The notes under the pieces: generated by a model
The model's database searches: none
Seen by the model: the letters and a program-made list of their open reading frames with translations, nothing else
Told to the model about the DNA's origin: nothing
In this document: piece by piece, positions 41,298 through 53,847 of the stretch
Position numbering within the stretch: position 1 is the first letter of the stretch
Layout of the letters: each line of letters opens with the position of its first letter
NCBI GenBank assembly: GCA_963796285.1
Contig: CAWCKW010000012.1
Coordinates: 576,001 to 640,000, forward strand
From: Nitrospirota bacterium
Lineage (GTDB): Bacteria; Nitrospirota; UBA9217
Direction of reading: 5' to 3'
DNA length: 64,000 bases
Made by a program: the position numbers and the translations under genes

Positions 41298-42602
41298 ATG
41301 ATCCCTCGCTACAGCAGACCGGAGATGACCAGCCTCTGGGAACCGGAGAACAGATACCGCGCCTGGCTCGAGGTCGAGATCCTCGCCTGCGAGGCGAACG
41401 CCAAACTGGGACTGATACCGGCACGGGCGCTCTCGACCATCAAGAAAAAAGCGGACTTCAAGGTCAAGCGGATCGATGCCCTTGAAAAGATCGTGAAACA
41501 CGACGTCATCGCCTTTCTCACCGCGATCGGGGAGCAGGTCGGCCCCGATTCCCGCTACATCCATCTCGGTCTCACGTCCTCGGACGTTCTCGATACCTCG
41601 CTCGCGTCGCTCATGCGCAGATCATCTGATATTATTATCGATGATATCCGCCTCCTTCTCAAAACCCTCAAAAAGAAGGCGTTGCAGCATAAAAAGACGG
41701 TCATGATCGGCCGTTCACATGGTGTGCATGCCGAGCCAGTCACGTTCGGTCTCAAGATGGCGCTCTGGTATGAGGAAATGCATCGCGCACTCGAACGCAT
41801 GATGCGCGCACGCGAGGTAATAAGCGTAGGCAAGGTATCGGGCGCAGTCGGCACGTTTGCGAACATCGACCCTTTTGTTGAATCCTACGTCTGTGGCAAG
41901 CTTGGGCTGAAACCCGAACCCGTTGCGACGCAGGTGGTGCAGCGCGACCGGCATGCCGAGTTCCTGACAACCCTCGCGCTTATCGCGTCGTCGATCGAGA
42001 AATTCTCCATTGAGTTGCGTCATCTCCAGCGGACCGAAGTGCTTGAAGCCGAGGAGTACTTCTCGGAAGGGCAGAAGGGTTCGTCCGCCATGCCGCATAA
42101 GAGGAACCCGATCTCCGCCGAGAATCTTTCGGGTCTTGCCCGTGTCGTTCGCGCGAACTCGATCGCTGCCATGGAAAATATTGCACTCTGGCACGAGCGG
42201 GACATCAGCCATTCGTCGGTCGAACGGATCATCATTCCCGACAGTACCATCCTTATTGATTACATGCTTTCTCGGTTCACTACCCTGATAGACAAACTCT
42301 TTGTGTATCCCAAGAACATGCAGCGCAATATGGCGATCTCCAAGGGACTTTTCCATTCAGAGACCGTGATGCTCGCGCTCGTGGAAAAGGGGATTTCGCG
42401 CGAGACCGCCTATTCCACCGTACAACGGAACGCCATGGAGGTGTGGAAGCAGGGCGGCGATTTCAAACAACGGCTGAAGAGCGATCAGGATATTCGAAAG
42501 TACTTGAGCGCCAAAGAGATCGATGATTGCTTTGATCTTTCGCATACGCTCGCGAACGTTGATTTCATTTTTAAGCGTGTTTTTCGGAAAAAGCATAAAT
42601 AA
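41298..42602 (+). CDS. purB: Adenylosuccinate lyase
   Basis: [43 protein letters not shown]. Confidence 0.97.
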   Translation: MIPRYSRPEMTSLWEPENRYRAWLEVEILACEANAKLGLIPARALSTIKKKADFKVKRIDALEKIVKHDVIAFLTAIGEQVGPDSRYIHLGLTSSDVLDTSLASLMRRSSDIIIDDIRLLLKTLKKKALQHKKTVMIGRSHGVHAEPVTFGLKMALWYEEMHRALERMMRAREVISVGKVSGAVGTFANIDPFVESYVCGKLGLKPEPVATQVVQRDRHAEFLTTLALIASSIEKFSIELRHLQRTEVLEAEEYFSEGQKGSSAMPHKRNPISAENLSGLARVVRANSIAAMENIALWHERDISHSSVERIIIPDSTILIDYMLSRFTTLIDKLFVYPKNMQRNMAISKGLFHSETVMLALVEKGISRETAYSTVQRNAMEVWKQGGDFKQRLKSDQDIRKYLSAKEIDDCFDLSHTLANVDFIFKRVFRKKHK

Positions 42603-42605
42603 TCT

Positions 42606-42673
42606 GCCACCGAGGCACGAGGTCACGACGAACGGTTTTTCAGTTCTTCTTCGTGTCATTGCGCCGTTGTGGC
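42606..42673. repeat. Period-8 hairpin (GGCACGAG / CTTCGTGT class)
   Basis: gccaccga ggcacgag gtcacgac ... cttcgtgt cattgcgc cgttgtggc. Confidence 0.65.
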
Positions 42674-42694
42674 GAAAAGGAAGCGATAGTGATT

Positions 42695-44092
42695 ATGTTC
42701 GATAAGTTTCATGAAGAATGCGGTGTATTCGGTATTTTTAACCATCCTGATGCTGCGAACCTTACCTACCTGGGGCTGTACGCACTCCAGCACCGCGGTC
42801 AGGAATCGGCCGGCATCGTGTCGTCAGACGGCAAGCGGCTTTTTGGCGAGAAATCCATGGGTCTCGTGGCGGACATCTTCACGGAGGACCGGATCAAGAA
42901 GCTTCCCGGTCACATGGCCATCGGGCACAACCGCTATTCGACCACCGGCGATAGTATCGCCATAAATATCCAACCCATCCTCGTGAACTTCGCGCTCGGC
43001 GGTCTCGCCCTTGCTCACAACGGCAACCTGGTAAATGCCGGCATCCTCAAGGACGAACTGGAGGCCTACGGCTCCATCTTCCAGTCCACGATGGACAGCG
43101 AGGTGATCATCCACCTCATCGCCCAGTCGCGCATGGCCACCCTGCACGAGCGAATCATCGACGCCCTCAGTCATGTGCAGGGTGCTTACAGTCTGCTCAT
43201 TATAACCGAAGGGGAACTCATTGCTGTACGCGACCCGAACGGGTTCAGACCGCTCTCGCTTGCCGAGCTCGACGAGGGGTATGTGGTCGCTTCCGAGACC
43301 TGCGCCTTTGACCTGATCGAGGCAACCTATATCCGCGATGTCGCACCCGGCGAGATGGTCGTGATCAACAGCACGGGCATCCACTCATCGTTCCCCTTCC
43401 GACCCGCGGAGCCGTCCCATTGTATTTTCGAGTTCATCTATTTTGCCAGACCCGATAGCATGGTCTTCGGCCAGAACGTGTATACCATCAGGAAGAATTT
43501 CGGCAGACAGCTGGCCCGCGAGACTGGTATCGAGGCAGACGTCGTGATCCCGGTCCCTGATTCCGGTGTGCCGGCGGCCCTGGGATATGCCGAAGAGGCG
43601 GGGATCCCCTTTGATACCGGCCTGATCAGGAACCACTATGTAGGCCGCACCTTCATCGAGCCCCGCCAGACCATCAGGCACTTCGGGGTAAAGATCAAGC
43701 TCAACCCGGTAAGGGATGCCCTCAAGGGCAAACGCGTGGTCGTGGTGGACGATTCCATCGTGCGCGGCACCACAAGCAAGAAGATCATCAAGATGATCAG
43801 GAACGCCGGCGCTAAAGAGATCCATATGCGCATCAGCTCTCCGCCGACCTCCTACCCGTGCTACTATGGCATTGATACTCCAACGAGACAGGAACTCATT
43901 GCATCAACGCACAGTATCGAAGAGATCAGGAAGTACATTACTGCCGACACAATTGGATATATCAGTTTGGACGGTATTCAGAAAGTAGTGCCGCACCGCA
44001 TGAATTACTGCTCCGCCTGTTTCGACGGGGAGTATCCAGTGCCGTTTCCCGGCGAGAGGATGCTGCAGTTGGGGTTGTTTGATAAAGAATAA
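42695..44092 (+). CDS. purF: Amidophosphoribosyltransferase
   Basis: Propeptide EE|[40 protein letters not shown], Fe-S cysteines. Confidence 0.97.
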   Translation: MFDKFHEECGVFGIFNHPDAANLTYLGLYALQHRGQESAGIVSSDGKRLFGEKSMGLVADIFTEDRIKKLPGHMAIGHNRYSTTGDSIAINIQPILVNFALGGLALAHNGNLVNAGILKDELEAYGSIFQSTMDSEVIIHLIAQSRMATLHERIIDALSHVQGAYSLLIITEGELIAVRDPNGFRPLSLAELDEGYVVASETCAFDLIEATYIRDVAPGEMVVINSTGIHSSFPFRPAEPSHCIFEFIYFARPDSMVFGQNVYTIRKNFGRQLARETGIEADVVIPVPDSGVPAALGYAEEAGIPFDTGLIRNHYVGRTFIEPRQTIRHFGVKIKLNPVRDALKGKRVVVVDDSIVRGTTSKKIIKMIRNAGAKEIHMRISSPPTSYPCYYGIDTPTRQELIASTHSIEEIRKYITADTIGYISLDGIQKVVPHRMNYCSACFDGEYPVPFPGERMLQLGLFDKE

Positions 44093-44219
44093 GGACGGCA
44101 GGTTCTCTATATAAAACACCAAATTTTCAAATAATGCACCATGAATACAATCCAAACGCGTTTCGATAGTTGTATGCTTAGTTTGTTCGAGGATATAATT
44201 TATAATTGTTGGCAGGAAA

Positions 44220-44295
44220 TGGTGCCGAGGCGCAGAATTGAACTGCGGACACGAGGCTTTTCAGGCCTCTGCTCTACCAACTGAGCTACCTCGGC
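44220..44295 (-). tRNA. tRNA-Phe (GAA)
   Basis: GCCGAGGTAGCTCAGTTGGTAGAGCAGAGGCCT-GAA-AAGCCTCGTGTCCGCAGTTCAATTCTGCGCCTCGGCACCA: cloverleaf with encoded CCA; TTGACA-18-TATTTT promoter upstream. Confidence 0.97.
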
Positions 44296-44698
44296 ATTTT
44301 TAACAACAACTCACTCACGGCAGGACGGTAAAATAGCAGAGTAGTGGGTTGATTGTCAAGCGATTTTTCTTTTGCTGATGAAAAAGGTAAAAGGTATCGC
44401 CCGGATCCGGTTGTCGTCAAGATAAGCTGTACAGCAAAAGGTTTTATTGCTGCGGCTCTGACGCACCTCGCTATCCCCGTCAGCAGCCTGTTTATCATTT
44501 CCGTTTTCATTAAGAAGCATACCGAGGTCCGTTTCACTTGTAGTTTCAGTCTGTTTCCAATCCACGTTCAGTTTCTCCATAACCGTTGTTTTGCGCTTAC
44601 CCATTGAGTTGCACTTCGACAAAAAAGTATTACCTTGACTTTAGTTGCCATTGTTTGGTAAAATTTCTTCTATCAGTTTGATATGACAAGCAAATTCA

Positions 44699-46447
44699 AT
44701 GGATAAAGAGACCTCCGAAATAGCCAAGTTAACGGGGCGTATTTCGCAAGACCCTAAGTCAAAGCTTTTTGTTCCGCTTGCGGAAGAATACAAAAAAGCT
44801 GGAGACCTGGAGATGGCTATCCATGTACTTTTGGAGGGGCTCAAAAACAATCCAGATTATGTAACGGCCCGGTCATACCTCGGCAAGCTTTTGCTTGTAA
44901 AAGGAGATCTGGCTGGTGCGCAAAAAGAATTTGAAGAGGTCGTAAAACACATACCTGACAATCCTATGGCCCAGAAAAAGCTGGGCGATCTTTTTATTAT
45001 TCAGCATAGGCCGCAGGATGCGCTTCCGCATTATAAAACCGCATTCTCTCAAAACCCCAATGATGAAGAGTTGGCTTCCCTGATTTCAGACCTTGAAGCT
45101 GGCGGGGATGTCAGTTCAAGAATCCAATTGACTGAGGCGAAGAAAAAAGCCGGGCAGGCGGAAAGACAGGTGCCGCCCGCTACACTGTCTGCCCGTGAAC
45201 CTGCGTCTGCGCTCGCTCCTGCCCCGGTATCACAAGCTGAACCCCTGACTCAGATTGGAATTCCGCCAGAGTCTCAGGAGTTGTCACCTGCGCCGTTTGC
45301 AGAATCGGCACGTGCGTCCGTTTCTTCGGTTATGGAAACAGAAGAACCGGAAGAGGTTCTGATCGTGGAACCGCTTGAGCCGGAGATCACCTGGACGGAA
45401 CCGCCGGTGAGCGGTTTTGATCTTTCAGGGGAACAAGCAAGCGAAGCAGTACCCGTGATTTCCGCAGAAGAACGTCACGACGTTGCAGTCTCGGTACCCA
45501 ATCACGTTCAGGATGAGCCGGCTGTCAGCGAAGACATTCCTCTCGAAACTGATCTATTCACATTTGAAGACACGGAGAAAACCCACGCGGGTATTTTTGA
45601 GGAAACAGCCGCGGACAAGATCAATGACGCTGCGTACGGTGAGGAGATCACTGAAAAGTTCCCGGAAGTAACTCTGGAAGAAGTTTCGGAAAAATCAGAT
45701 GACTTCACGACCGATACCCTTGCAGAACTTTATATCGCCCAGGGTTTCTTCGAAAAGGCCATTGAAATATACGAGCGGATGCTCGCAGATAATCCGAACA
45801 GCCGGGGGCTGAAGGACAAGCTGGCAAGGGTGAGGGCCGCAGGATCACAGCCTGGTATTCCCTCAGCTGAGGGGGAAAAGGAACCGGCCGGTCACGCTGG
45901 ACAAGAAGTCGGGGAACACGGAGCTGTTGCTGAAGTCGGTGAAATTGCAGGCGAGCCGTCGATTTTCGATGAGCTGGAAGGACCCTGGCCGAAACAAGAG
46001 TCGGAAACAGAGGACGTGATGCCTGAGGTTGTCCCTGAGGCCAGGGGACATGTCCCGACAGCCGTACCGGAAGAAATAACGACCAAAGCCGGGGATTTAG
46101 AGGCGCCGGGTGAATATAAACCAGGAGAAACATCACCGGTAGAAGATCTTTTTGCCGAATCCAGGGAGTATAAACCTGCACCGGAGATAACAGAACATCC
46201 GGCAGCAGGGGGAGCTGAACGGTTTGACGGGGTGTCGGCCGAGACAGGTGAGCAAGGGCAGGCCCAGCCAAAGCCGCAGTTTCTCGATTTTGAACCGCAG
46301 GAGTATATTCATCCTCAAACGGAGCACGGATCCCTGAAACCGACTGCTGAAAAAGTGCACGCAACAGCTAAAGCCGCTACTGTCGGGCGCAATGAAGCAA
46401 TTGCGCGTTTGGAAACATGGCTCACTAATATCAAGAAGGAGAAATAA
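44699..46447 (+). CDS. TPR protein with long acidic low-complexity linkers
   Basis: DPKSKLFVPLAEEY TPRs, internal TDTLAELYIAQG TPR, C-terminal amphipathic RLETWLTNIK. Confidence 0.85.
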   Translation: MDKETSEIAKLTGRISQDPKSKLFVPLAEEYKKAGDLEMAIHVLLEGLKNNPDYVTARSYLGKLLLVKGDLAGAQKEFEEVVKHIPDNPMAQKKLGDLFIIQHRPQDALPHYKTAFSQNPNDEELASLISDLEAGGDVSSRIQLTEAKKKAGQAERQVPPATLSAREPASALAPAPVSQAEPLTQIGIPPESQELSPAPFAESARASVSSVMETEEPEEVLIVEPLEPEITWTEPPVSGFDLSGEQASEAVPVISAEERHDVAVSVPNHVQDEPAVSEDIPLETDLFTFEDTEKTHAGIFEETAADKINDAAYGEEITEKFPEVTLEEVSEKSDDFTTDTLAELYIAQGFFEKAIEIYERMLADNPNSRGLKDKLARVRAAGSQPGIPSAEGEKEPAGHAGQEVGEHGAVAEVGEIAGEPSIFDELEGPWPKQESETEDVMPEVVPEARGHVPTAVPEEITTKAGDLEAPGEYKPGETSPVEDLFAESREYKPAPEITEHPAAGGAERFDGVSAETGEQGQAQPKPQFLDFEPQEYIHPQTEHGSLKPTAEKVHATAKAATVGRNEAIARLETWLTNIKKEK

Positions 46448-46804
46448 ATGCCCTTTTCCGAAATTCTGAAGGAAGTAGTCAATGGTACGGAAGGCGCCAT
46501 TGGCGCGCTGATCGTGGGTCTTGACGGCATTCCTGTTGAAGAGTTCGCCGTGAACAGAGAAATGGACATTCAGGCAATGACCGTTGAATTCTCGTCGCTC
46601 CTTAAGGAAATAGAGAAAGGCTCCCAAGCCGCGCAGATGGGATCAACCAAGGAGGTGACGGTCATCTCGGACAACGCCATGATCATGCTGCGCAGGCTGA
46701 ATGATGAATATTTCTTTGTCTTGGTCATCAAACCCGATGGAAATTTCGGCAAAGGGAGATTTCTCCTTCGTATGTCGGTGCCGAGGCTGCTCAAAGAGTT
46801 CTGA
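46448..46804 (+). CDS. Roadblock/LC7 domain protein (MglB/MglC-like)
   Basis: [25 protein letters not shown]. Confidence 0.88.
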   Translation: MPFSEILKEVVNGTEGAIGALIVGLDGIPVEEFAVNREMDIQAMTVEFSSLLKEIEKGSQAAQMGSTKEVTVISDNAMIMLRRLNDEYFFVLVIKPDGNFGKGRFLLRMSVPRLLKEF

Positions 46805-46840
46805 AAAAATTGTCGTTTATCTGCAATGCGGTCGTTCCAT

Positions 46841-46862
46841 AAACTGCCTCGGGCAGTTTTTT
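46841..46862 (+). terminator. Rho-independent terminator-like hairpin
   Basis: AAACTGCC-TCG-GGCAGTTT followed by T-tract. Confidence 0.6.
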
Positions 46863-46880
46863 ATTTTGTACGGGGGAAGC

Positions 46881-47331
46881 ATGAAAATCCTGGTCATTCA
46901 CGGGCCCAATCTGAATCTCCTTGGTAAGCGTGAGCCGGATATCTACGGCTCATTCACCCTTGACGATATCAACAATCGGCTTGCGGCGCTTGCCGTCGAG
47001 CTCGGCGTTGAGCGTGTCGTTCTATCAATCGAATCATGAGGGAGAACTGGTCCAGAAGATCCAGGACGCCATGGGCGTCTATCAGGCCATTGTAATAAAT
47101 CCGGGCGCGTATACTCACACGAGCGTTGCACTTCGTGATGCGATCGCATCCTCCGGTATTCCGACCGTGGAAGCGCACATCTCCAATATCTATAAGCGTG
47201 AGGAGTTCCGCAAGCATTCGTACATCTCCGGCGTGGCCATAGGGCAGATCACCGGCTTTGGGGCTGACAGCTACCTCCTCGCATTGAGAGCAGCGGTCGG
47301 GTCCGGGAAGGCGAGCGGGAGCAGCAAGTGA
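46881..47331 (+). CDS. aroQ: Type II 3-dehydroquinate dehydratase (indel ~47012)
   Basis: [17 protein letters not shown] / [27 protein letters not shown]. Confidence 0.95.
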
Positions 47332-48414
47332 TCCGGAGGCCGGAACAGGACCGTCTTGCCGGGCTCAGGCAGCTCATGAGCGAGAGCGGAGTCGATTCGC
47401 TTCTCGTGAACCGGCGCGAAGATGTCCGCTATTTAAGCGGTTTTACCGGGTCCTCCGGTACCCTGCTGGTCACTTCCGATCGAGCATGTCTGATCACCGA
47501 TTTCCGCTATAAGGTGCAGGCCCGCGGTGAAACGACCGGTATCACAATCCTGATCCAAAAAAAAGATTATTTTGCGGCCGTTCGTGATGCCGAGGAACGA
47601 ATGGATGTGGACACACTCTGGTTTGATGAGTCGGCGATCACTGTCGAAGGGCTCAAAAATTTTAAAAAAAAGGGGTTCAAGATCAAGGGACACCGTGATC
47701 TTGTCATGACCCTGAGGCAGCAGAAAGACAAACAGGAGCTTGCGAACATCCGCACGGCCATTCGCCGTTCTGAGGAAGCGTTCCGGGAGTTAAAGGCGGA
47801 TATTCATCCAGGCGCCACGGAACGGGAGCTCGGTTTGAAACTTGAATATCTGATAAGGGAAAAAGGTTCCCGCAGGGCGGCCTTTGATATCATAGTGGCT
47901 TCCGGCGTTCACGGTGCCATGCCCCATGCCGCGGTCACAAACCGCCGCATAAAAAAAGGTGACCTGATCACATTCGACTTCGGCGCCGAGGCGAATGGAT
48001 ATTACAGTGATATGACAAGGACCATCTGTGTCGGGCGGCCATCTGCACGACAGCGGGAGATCCATGGGATTGTCCTGCAGGCCCAGGCAGCAGCGATCAA
48101 GAGCGTCAGGGCCGGCATTCCGTGCAAATCCGTCGATAACGCCGCACGGGAGGTCATCAAAAGGACCGGATATGGCAGGCACTTCGGTCATGGCACCGGG
48201 CACGGCATCGGGCTCATGGTCCATGAAGGGCCGTCTGTCTCTCCTCTGTCCGGTGATACGGTAAAAAAGAACATGGTGTTCACCGTCGAGCCCGGCGTGT
48301 ATATTCCCGGTTGGGGCGGGGTCCGGATTGAAGACATGGTCCAGGTGACGGAGACCGGCGCAAAGGTGATGACCATCGCTGCCCCGGGAGCTGGAGGGCT
48401 TACGGAGTCTCTAG
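47328..48414 (+). CDS. Xaa-Pro aminopeptidase, M24 family (indel near C-terminus)
   Basis: YLSGFTGS, TDFRY, DFGA...GY.SDMTRT, HGTGHGIG..VHE, TVEPG, GVRIED; corrected end TSLPRELEGLRSL*. Confidence 0.92.
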
Positions 48415-48417
48415 GTT

Positions 48418-48550
48418 CTGACCCCGATAAGCCGGAACTGAAAATAGAACCCACAAGGCATTTCGCGCAAAGCCGCAAAGGACGCAAAGGAAATCCTAAA
48501 TCTTGGTTTGAAAACTAATTCAAAACGTTGTTCAGGTTTATCCGAATTAG
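48418..48550. mobile_element. MITE-like element with ~21-bp imperfect terminal IRs and period-9 CGCAAAG units
   Basis: ctgaccccgataagccggaac ... gttcaggtttatccgaattag; cgcaaagccgcaaaggacgcaaag; tcttggtttgaaaact core. Confidence 0.65.
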
Positions 48551-48601
48551 AGTCTTCAGATTTATTAAATTAATCGTCACACGAAAGGGAGGTAGTACGA
48601 A

Positions 48602-49169
48602 GTGCCGGTATCTACAACAGAGTTTAGAAATGGTTTAAAAATCGAGATCGATGGTGAGCCCTATGTGATCGTGGAGTTTCAGCATGTGAAGCCCGGCAAG
48701 GGCGGGGCATTTGTGAGGACCAAGTTCAAAAGCCTCAAATCGGGTAACGTTACCGACAAAACATTCAGGGCGGGTGAAAAAGTCGACGTCCCCGATCTAG
48801 AGGAAAAGACCATGCAGTACCTGTATGGGGCTGACAAGGACCGCGTGTTCATGGATACGACCACGCTACGAGCAGGTATCCCTGAATGAAAAGCAGCTCG
48901 GCGACAGCATCAATTATTTGAAAGAGAATATGGAGATCAAGGTCCTCTACCACAAGGGGATGCCCATCAACATTGATGTGCCCATGTTCGTGGAGCTTGC
49001 GATCGCCAGGACCGACCCGGGCGTACGCGGCGACACTGCTTCGGGTGGGTCCAAACCGGCTACGCTGGAGACCGGCGCTGTGGTCAAGGTGCCGCTTTAC
49101 ATGAACGAGGGAGACGTCATCAAGGTCGACACGCGCACGGGCACCTTTATCGAGCGGGTCAAGAAATAG
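48602..49169 (+). CDS. efp: Elongation factor P (indel ~48865)
   Basis: [33 protein letters not shown]. Confidence 0.96.
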
Positions 49170-49211
49170 CCCTGATCACCATCACACCAGCGACATGGAA
49201 AAGGAGTAATC

Positions 49212-49689
<478 letters not shown>

Positions 49690-49747
49690 GACTGCAATTC
49701 ACCAATGAAAATGCGACATGATAACTAAATGGGGTTGAGGTGAATGA

Positions 49748-51082
49748 GTGTTTAAAAAAATATTGATCGCCAACCGCGGTGAGATCGCACTCCGCGTCAT
49801 CCGGGCATGCAAGGAGATGGGCATCAAGACCGTTGCCGTGCATTCCACCGCGGACGCAAACTCGCTGCACGTGCGTTTTGCGGATGAGAGCGTGTGCATC
49901 GGCCCGCCGAAGAGCTCGGACAGTTATCTGAATGTGCCGAGCATCATCAGCGCCGCCGAGATCACCGATGCCGAGGCCATTCACCCCGGGTACGGCTTTC
50001 TGGCGGAGAACTCGAGTTTCGCCGAGATCTGCAACTCCACGGGGATCCGTTTCATCGGACCGAGCCCCGAAAGCATCAAGCAGATGGGAGACAAGGCCAG
50101 GGCGCGGGAAACGGCGCAGAAAGCGGGAGTCCCCGTGCTGCCGGGCAGCAATGGCGTGGTGACCGAGGAAAGCAGCGCCATTGAGATCGCGCGGGAGCTC
50201 GGATTTCCGGTGATCGTCAAGGCCGCCGCGGGCGGGGGCGGCAAAGGGCATGCGCGTGGTGATGGAAGAGTCTGAATTCGCCAATGCCTTTGTCATGGCC
50301 CAGACCGAGGCGCTTGCGGCGTTCAGCAACGCCGACGTCTACATCGAAAAGTATATCCTTCAGCCGCGTCATATCGAGATGCAGATCATCGCCGATGAAA
50401 AGGGAAACACCGTCTACCTTGGCGAACGCGAATGCTCGATCCAGCGGCGGCACCAGAAGCTCATCGAGGAAGCCCCCTCCGTCATAGTCGACGAAAGCCT
50501 GCGAAAACAGATGGGCGAGATGGCCGTTGCTATTGCCAGGTCCGTGAAGTATCGGAACGCAGGCACCATCGAGTTCCTGATGGACGAGAACGCAAAATAC
50601 TACTTTATGGAGATGAATACCCGTATCCAGGTGGAGCACCCCGTGACCGAAATGGTGACGGGAATCGACCTCGTGAAAGAGCAGATCCGGGTGGCGGCCG
50701 GACTGCCGCTTTCGTTCACCCAGCGTGATATCAGGATCAAAGGACACAGCATCGAATGCAGGATCAACGCCGAAGACCCGGAAAAGTTCACCCCCTCTCC
50801 CGGAACGATCACCGCGTTCAATCCTCCGGGGGGCCTCGGCGTACGGGTGGAAACCGCCGCATACACGCAGTACGTGATCCCGCCCTATTATGATTCGATG
50901 ATCGCAAAGCTGGTCGTGCATGCGGAGACGAGGGCTGATGCGATCATGAGGATGCAGCGTGCACTGAACGAGTTCATCATCGAAGGGGTGAAGACCACGA
51001 TCCCCATGCACAAAAAAATCCTCGACGACCCGGATTTCCAGAAGGGCGATATTTCCACGAAGTTCATGGAGCGGTACAATAG
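49748..51082 (+). CDS. accC: Acetyl-CoA carboxylase biotin carboxylase (indels ~50235 and at the stop; end approximate)
   Basis: [55 protein letters not shown]. Confidence 0.95.
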
Positions 51083-51093
51083 ACCCGGCGCAA

Positions 51094-51721
51094 GTGATAT
51101 CGGAGGGCTCTGCCTGATCCTCGATCAGGACCTGCTCCGCGTCGACCCGGTGCAGGCGATGCAGCAGGCGCTCGACGCCGGGGTGACGTTTTTCCAATAT
51201 CGGAACAAGAGACGGCGCGAGGAAGGGCATCTATGAAACTGCATTGATGCTTGCCCGGATCGCCAGGAACGCACAGGCGCGTTTCATTGTCAATGACCAT
51301 GCCGACATCGCGGCGGCAGTTGATGCTGACGGCGTGCACCTTGGGCAGGACGACCTCCCGGTCGAATTCGCGCGAAGACTGCTTGGCAAGGACAAACTCA
51401 TCGGGATCTCGACCCATAGCCTTGAGCAGGCCGTCGCAGCAGAGGCTGCGGGCGCGGACTACATCGGGTTCGGCCCCATCTTTCCAACAGTCGACTAAGG
51501 ATGCGGGGCAAACGCAGGGAATCCGGAATCTATCGATCATAAAGCAGACTGTCACCCTCCCTGTCATAGCAATTGGCGGGATCAAACACTCGAATGTTCG
51601 GGATGTCATCTTGTCCGGTGCGGACGGGGTCGCGGTTATCAGCGCAATCTTGTCGGCCGGGAACATCGCAACAGCTGCCGGGAATATATTGAGATCAATT
51701 TCAGATGTCAGGAGAGAATGA
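51094..51721 (+). CDS. thiE: Thiamine phosphate synthase (several indels; start approximate)
   Basis: [46 protein letters not shown] across three frames. Confidence 0.9.
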
Positions 51722-52824
51722 ATGAAACGATTTATGTATATCGCGTCAACGTTGTTCATCTTGATGGCGGGTTGTACCCGCCAGGATGAGAATGTGATCA
51801 GGATAGGCGCGGCCGGTCCCATGACCGGGGACCAGAGCAAGATGGGATAGACCTCAGGAATTCGCGTTGAGCTTGCCGTGGCCGAATGGAACGAAAAGGG
51901 CGGCGTACTGGGGAAGAAGATCGTGCTGCTCTCCGCCGATGATCAGGCGGACCCGAAACAGGCAGTATCCATCGCGAACAAGCTGATCAACCAGAAGGCC
52001 GTTGCGCTCGTAGGCCACTGGAATTCGAGCTGTTCCATCCCCGCGTCGAAGTACTATCAAGACGCGAACATGGTCATGATCTCTCCAGCCACAACGAATC
52101 CCCAACTTACGCTTCAGGGCTTCAAGAACGTTTTTCGCGTATGCGGCACCGATGACCAGCAGGGCAAAATAGCCGCGGAATTTGTTCTGAAGACCCTCCG
52201 TCCAAAAAAAATAGCGATCATCCACGACAAGACCGCCTACGGCCAAGGGTTGGCTGATTATTTCAAACGTGCGCTTGGCGACCAGTGTGCAGGTCGTCTA
52301 TTATGGCGGCATCATCCAGCGGGATCCTGATTATAAAGCAGTGCTCACGACCATCAAACAGAGCGAATCCTGAGCTTTATTTCTTCGGCGGCATCTATCC
52401 CGAGGCCGGCAGGCTGGTGCGCCAGGCAAAGGAGATCGGCATGAACATCCCCATGATCACCGGTGATGGCGTGTATGATCCGACATTCATCAATATTGCG
52501 GGAAAATCAGCCGAAGGGACCTATGTGACCTTCGGTGAGGAGCCGGCAGGGCTTCCATCGGCAAAGTCATTCATGGAAAAATACAAAGCCAAATACGGCG
52601 ATCCGGGCCCGTACTCGATCTATGCATATGATGCCGCGAATATCATTCTGACCGCCATAGCTGAAACCAGGAACACGGATGGATCGAAAATGGCGGAGTA
52701 TATTTCCAAGACCATCTTCCACGGTGCTTTTGGCGACATCTCTTTTGACAAGAACGGCGACGTAACAAAGGCTCCCTATGTGATCTGGCAGGTCAAGGGC
52801 GGAAAATTCGTGGAAATAAAGTAG
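51722..52824 (+). CDS. livK: Branched-chain amino acid ABC transporter substrate-binding lipoprotein (several indels)
   Basis: MAGC lipobox, IGAAGPMTG, DDQADPKQA, GHWNSS, DDQQG, HDKTAYGQGLA. Confidence 0.88.
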
Positions 52825-52840
52825 GACGGATCATCATCCC

Positions 52841-53742
52841 ATGTTTACCCAGCAGCTCATAAACGGCCTTGCGCTCGGCGCGGTATACGCACTTATCGCG
52901 CTCGGGTATACCATGGTCTACGGCATCCTCCAGCTCATCAACTTTGCCCACGGCGAGATCTATATGCTCGGGGCGTACCTGGGTATCATTGTCCTCGGTG
53001 CCTTGACCTATCTGGGACTTACCGCATACAGCCTGCCGTTGTCACTTTTGATCACGGTAATCATATCTATGGTCTTCTGCGCTGCCTACGGCGCGGTCAT
53101 TGAACGCGTTGCCTACCGTCCGCTCAGGAATGCATCAAAGCTTGCGCCGCTTATCAGCGCGGTGGGATGTCGATCATTCTTCAGAATTTTGTGATGCTTG
53201 CCCAGGGAAAGGAATATAAGAACCTGCCTCCCATGCTTCCCTCGCAAGGCGTGATCATCTTCGGCGCCAATGTCTCGCCGGTACAGGTCTTTATCCTGAG
53301 CGCATCGGTCCTGATCATGGTAGGTCTCCAATTCTTTGTGTCGAGAACGCGGCTCGGCAAGGCCATGCGAGCTACTTCGCAGGACCGGGTCATGGCCGGC
53401 CTGGTGGGCATCAATATCAACCAGGTCATTTCCATCACCTTCATGATCGGTTCGTCTCTTGCCGCCGTTGCGGGGGTGATGGTGACGCTCTATTACGGGG
53501 TGGTGCATTTCTTCATGGGCTATCTGGCGGGCATCAAGGCATTCACCGCGGCGGTGCTTGGCGGGATCGGCAGCATACCCGGGGCGATGCTCGGCGGATT
53601 CATGCTCGGTCTCATCGAGAACTTCGGTGCGAGCTATATTTCGAGCGTGTATAAAGATGCTTTTGCTTTCCTCGTTCTTATCATCACCCTTATTATCCGT
53701 CCTGCAGGACTGCTGGGACAAAAGTCCGTGGATAAGGTGTGA
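52841..53742 (+). CDS. livH: Branched-chain amino acid ABC transporter permease (indel ~53165)
   Basis: QQLINGL.LG.VYALIALGYTMVYG..INFAHG, KAFTAAVLGGIG, RPAGLLG. Confidence 0.93.
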
Positions 53743-53749
53743 CAAGAAT

Positions 53750-53834
53750 CGGCTGTCCGGCAGTCGATGGTCAAGAGCATTGTCTGAATCATCTTAAAGT
53801 TGACCGACGGCTGTTGAATATCGAATTATTCAAT
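53750..53834. repeat. Degenerate period-7 hairpin
   Basis: ggctgtc ggcagtc atggtcaa ... ttgacc gacggct gttgaat atcgaat. Confidence 0.5.
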
Positions 53835-53847
53835 CTAGGAGGTTTCC

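Noticed and set aside
44093-44219. AT-rich stretch after the tRNA-Phe 3' end as an integration site
   Set aside because: No integrase and no duplicated tRNA 3' end seen in the window
44356-44622. 88-aa minus-strand ORF upstream of tRNA-Phe
   Set aside because: No recognisable motif or RBS, and it runs into the tRNA promoter
50250-51236. Apparent AccC-ThiE fusion
   Set aside because: Lies in the most indel-rich region; one added base gives a stop at ~51082
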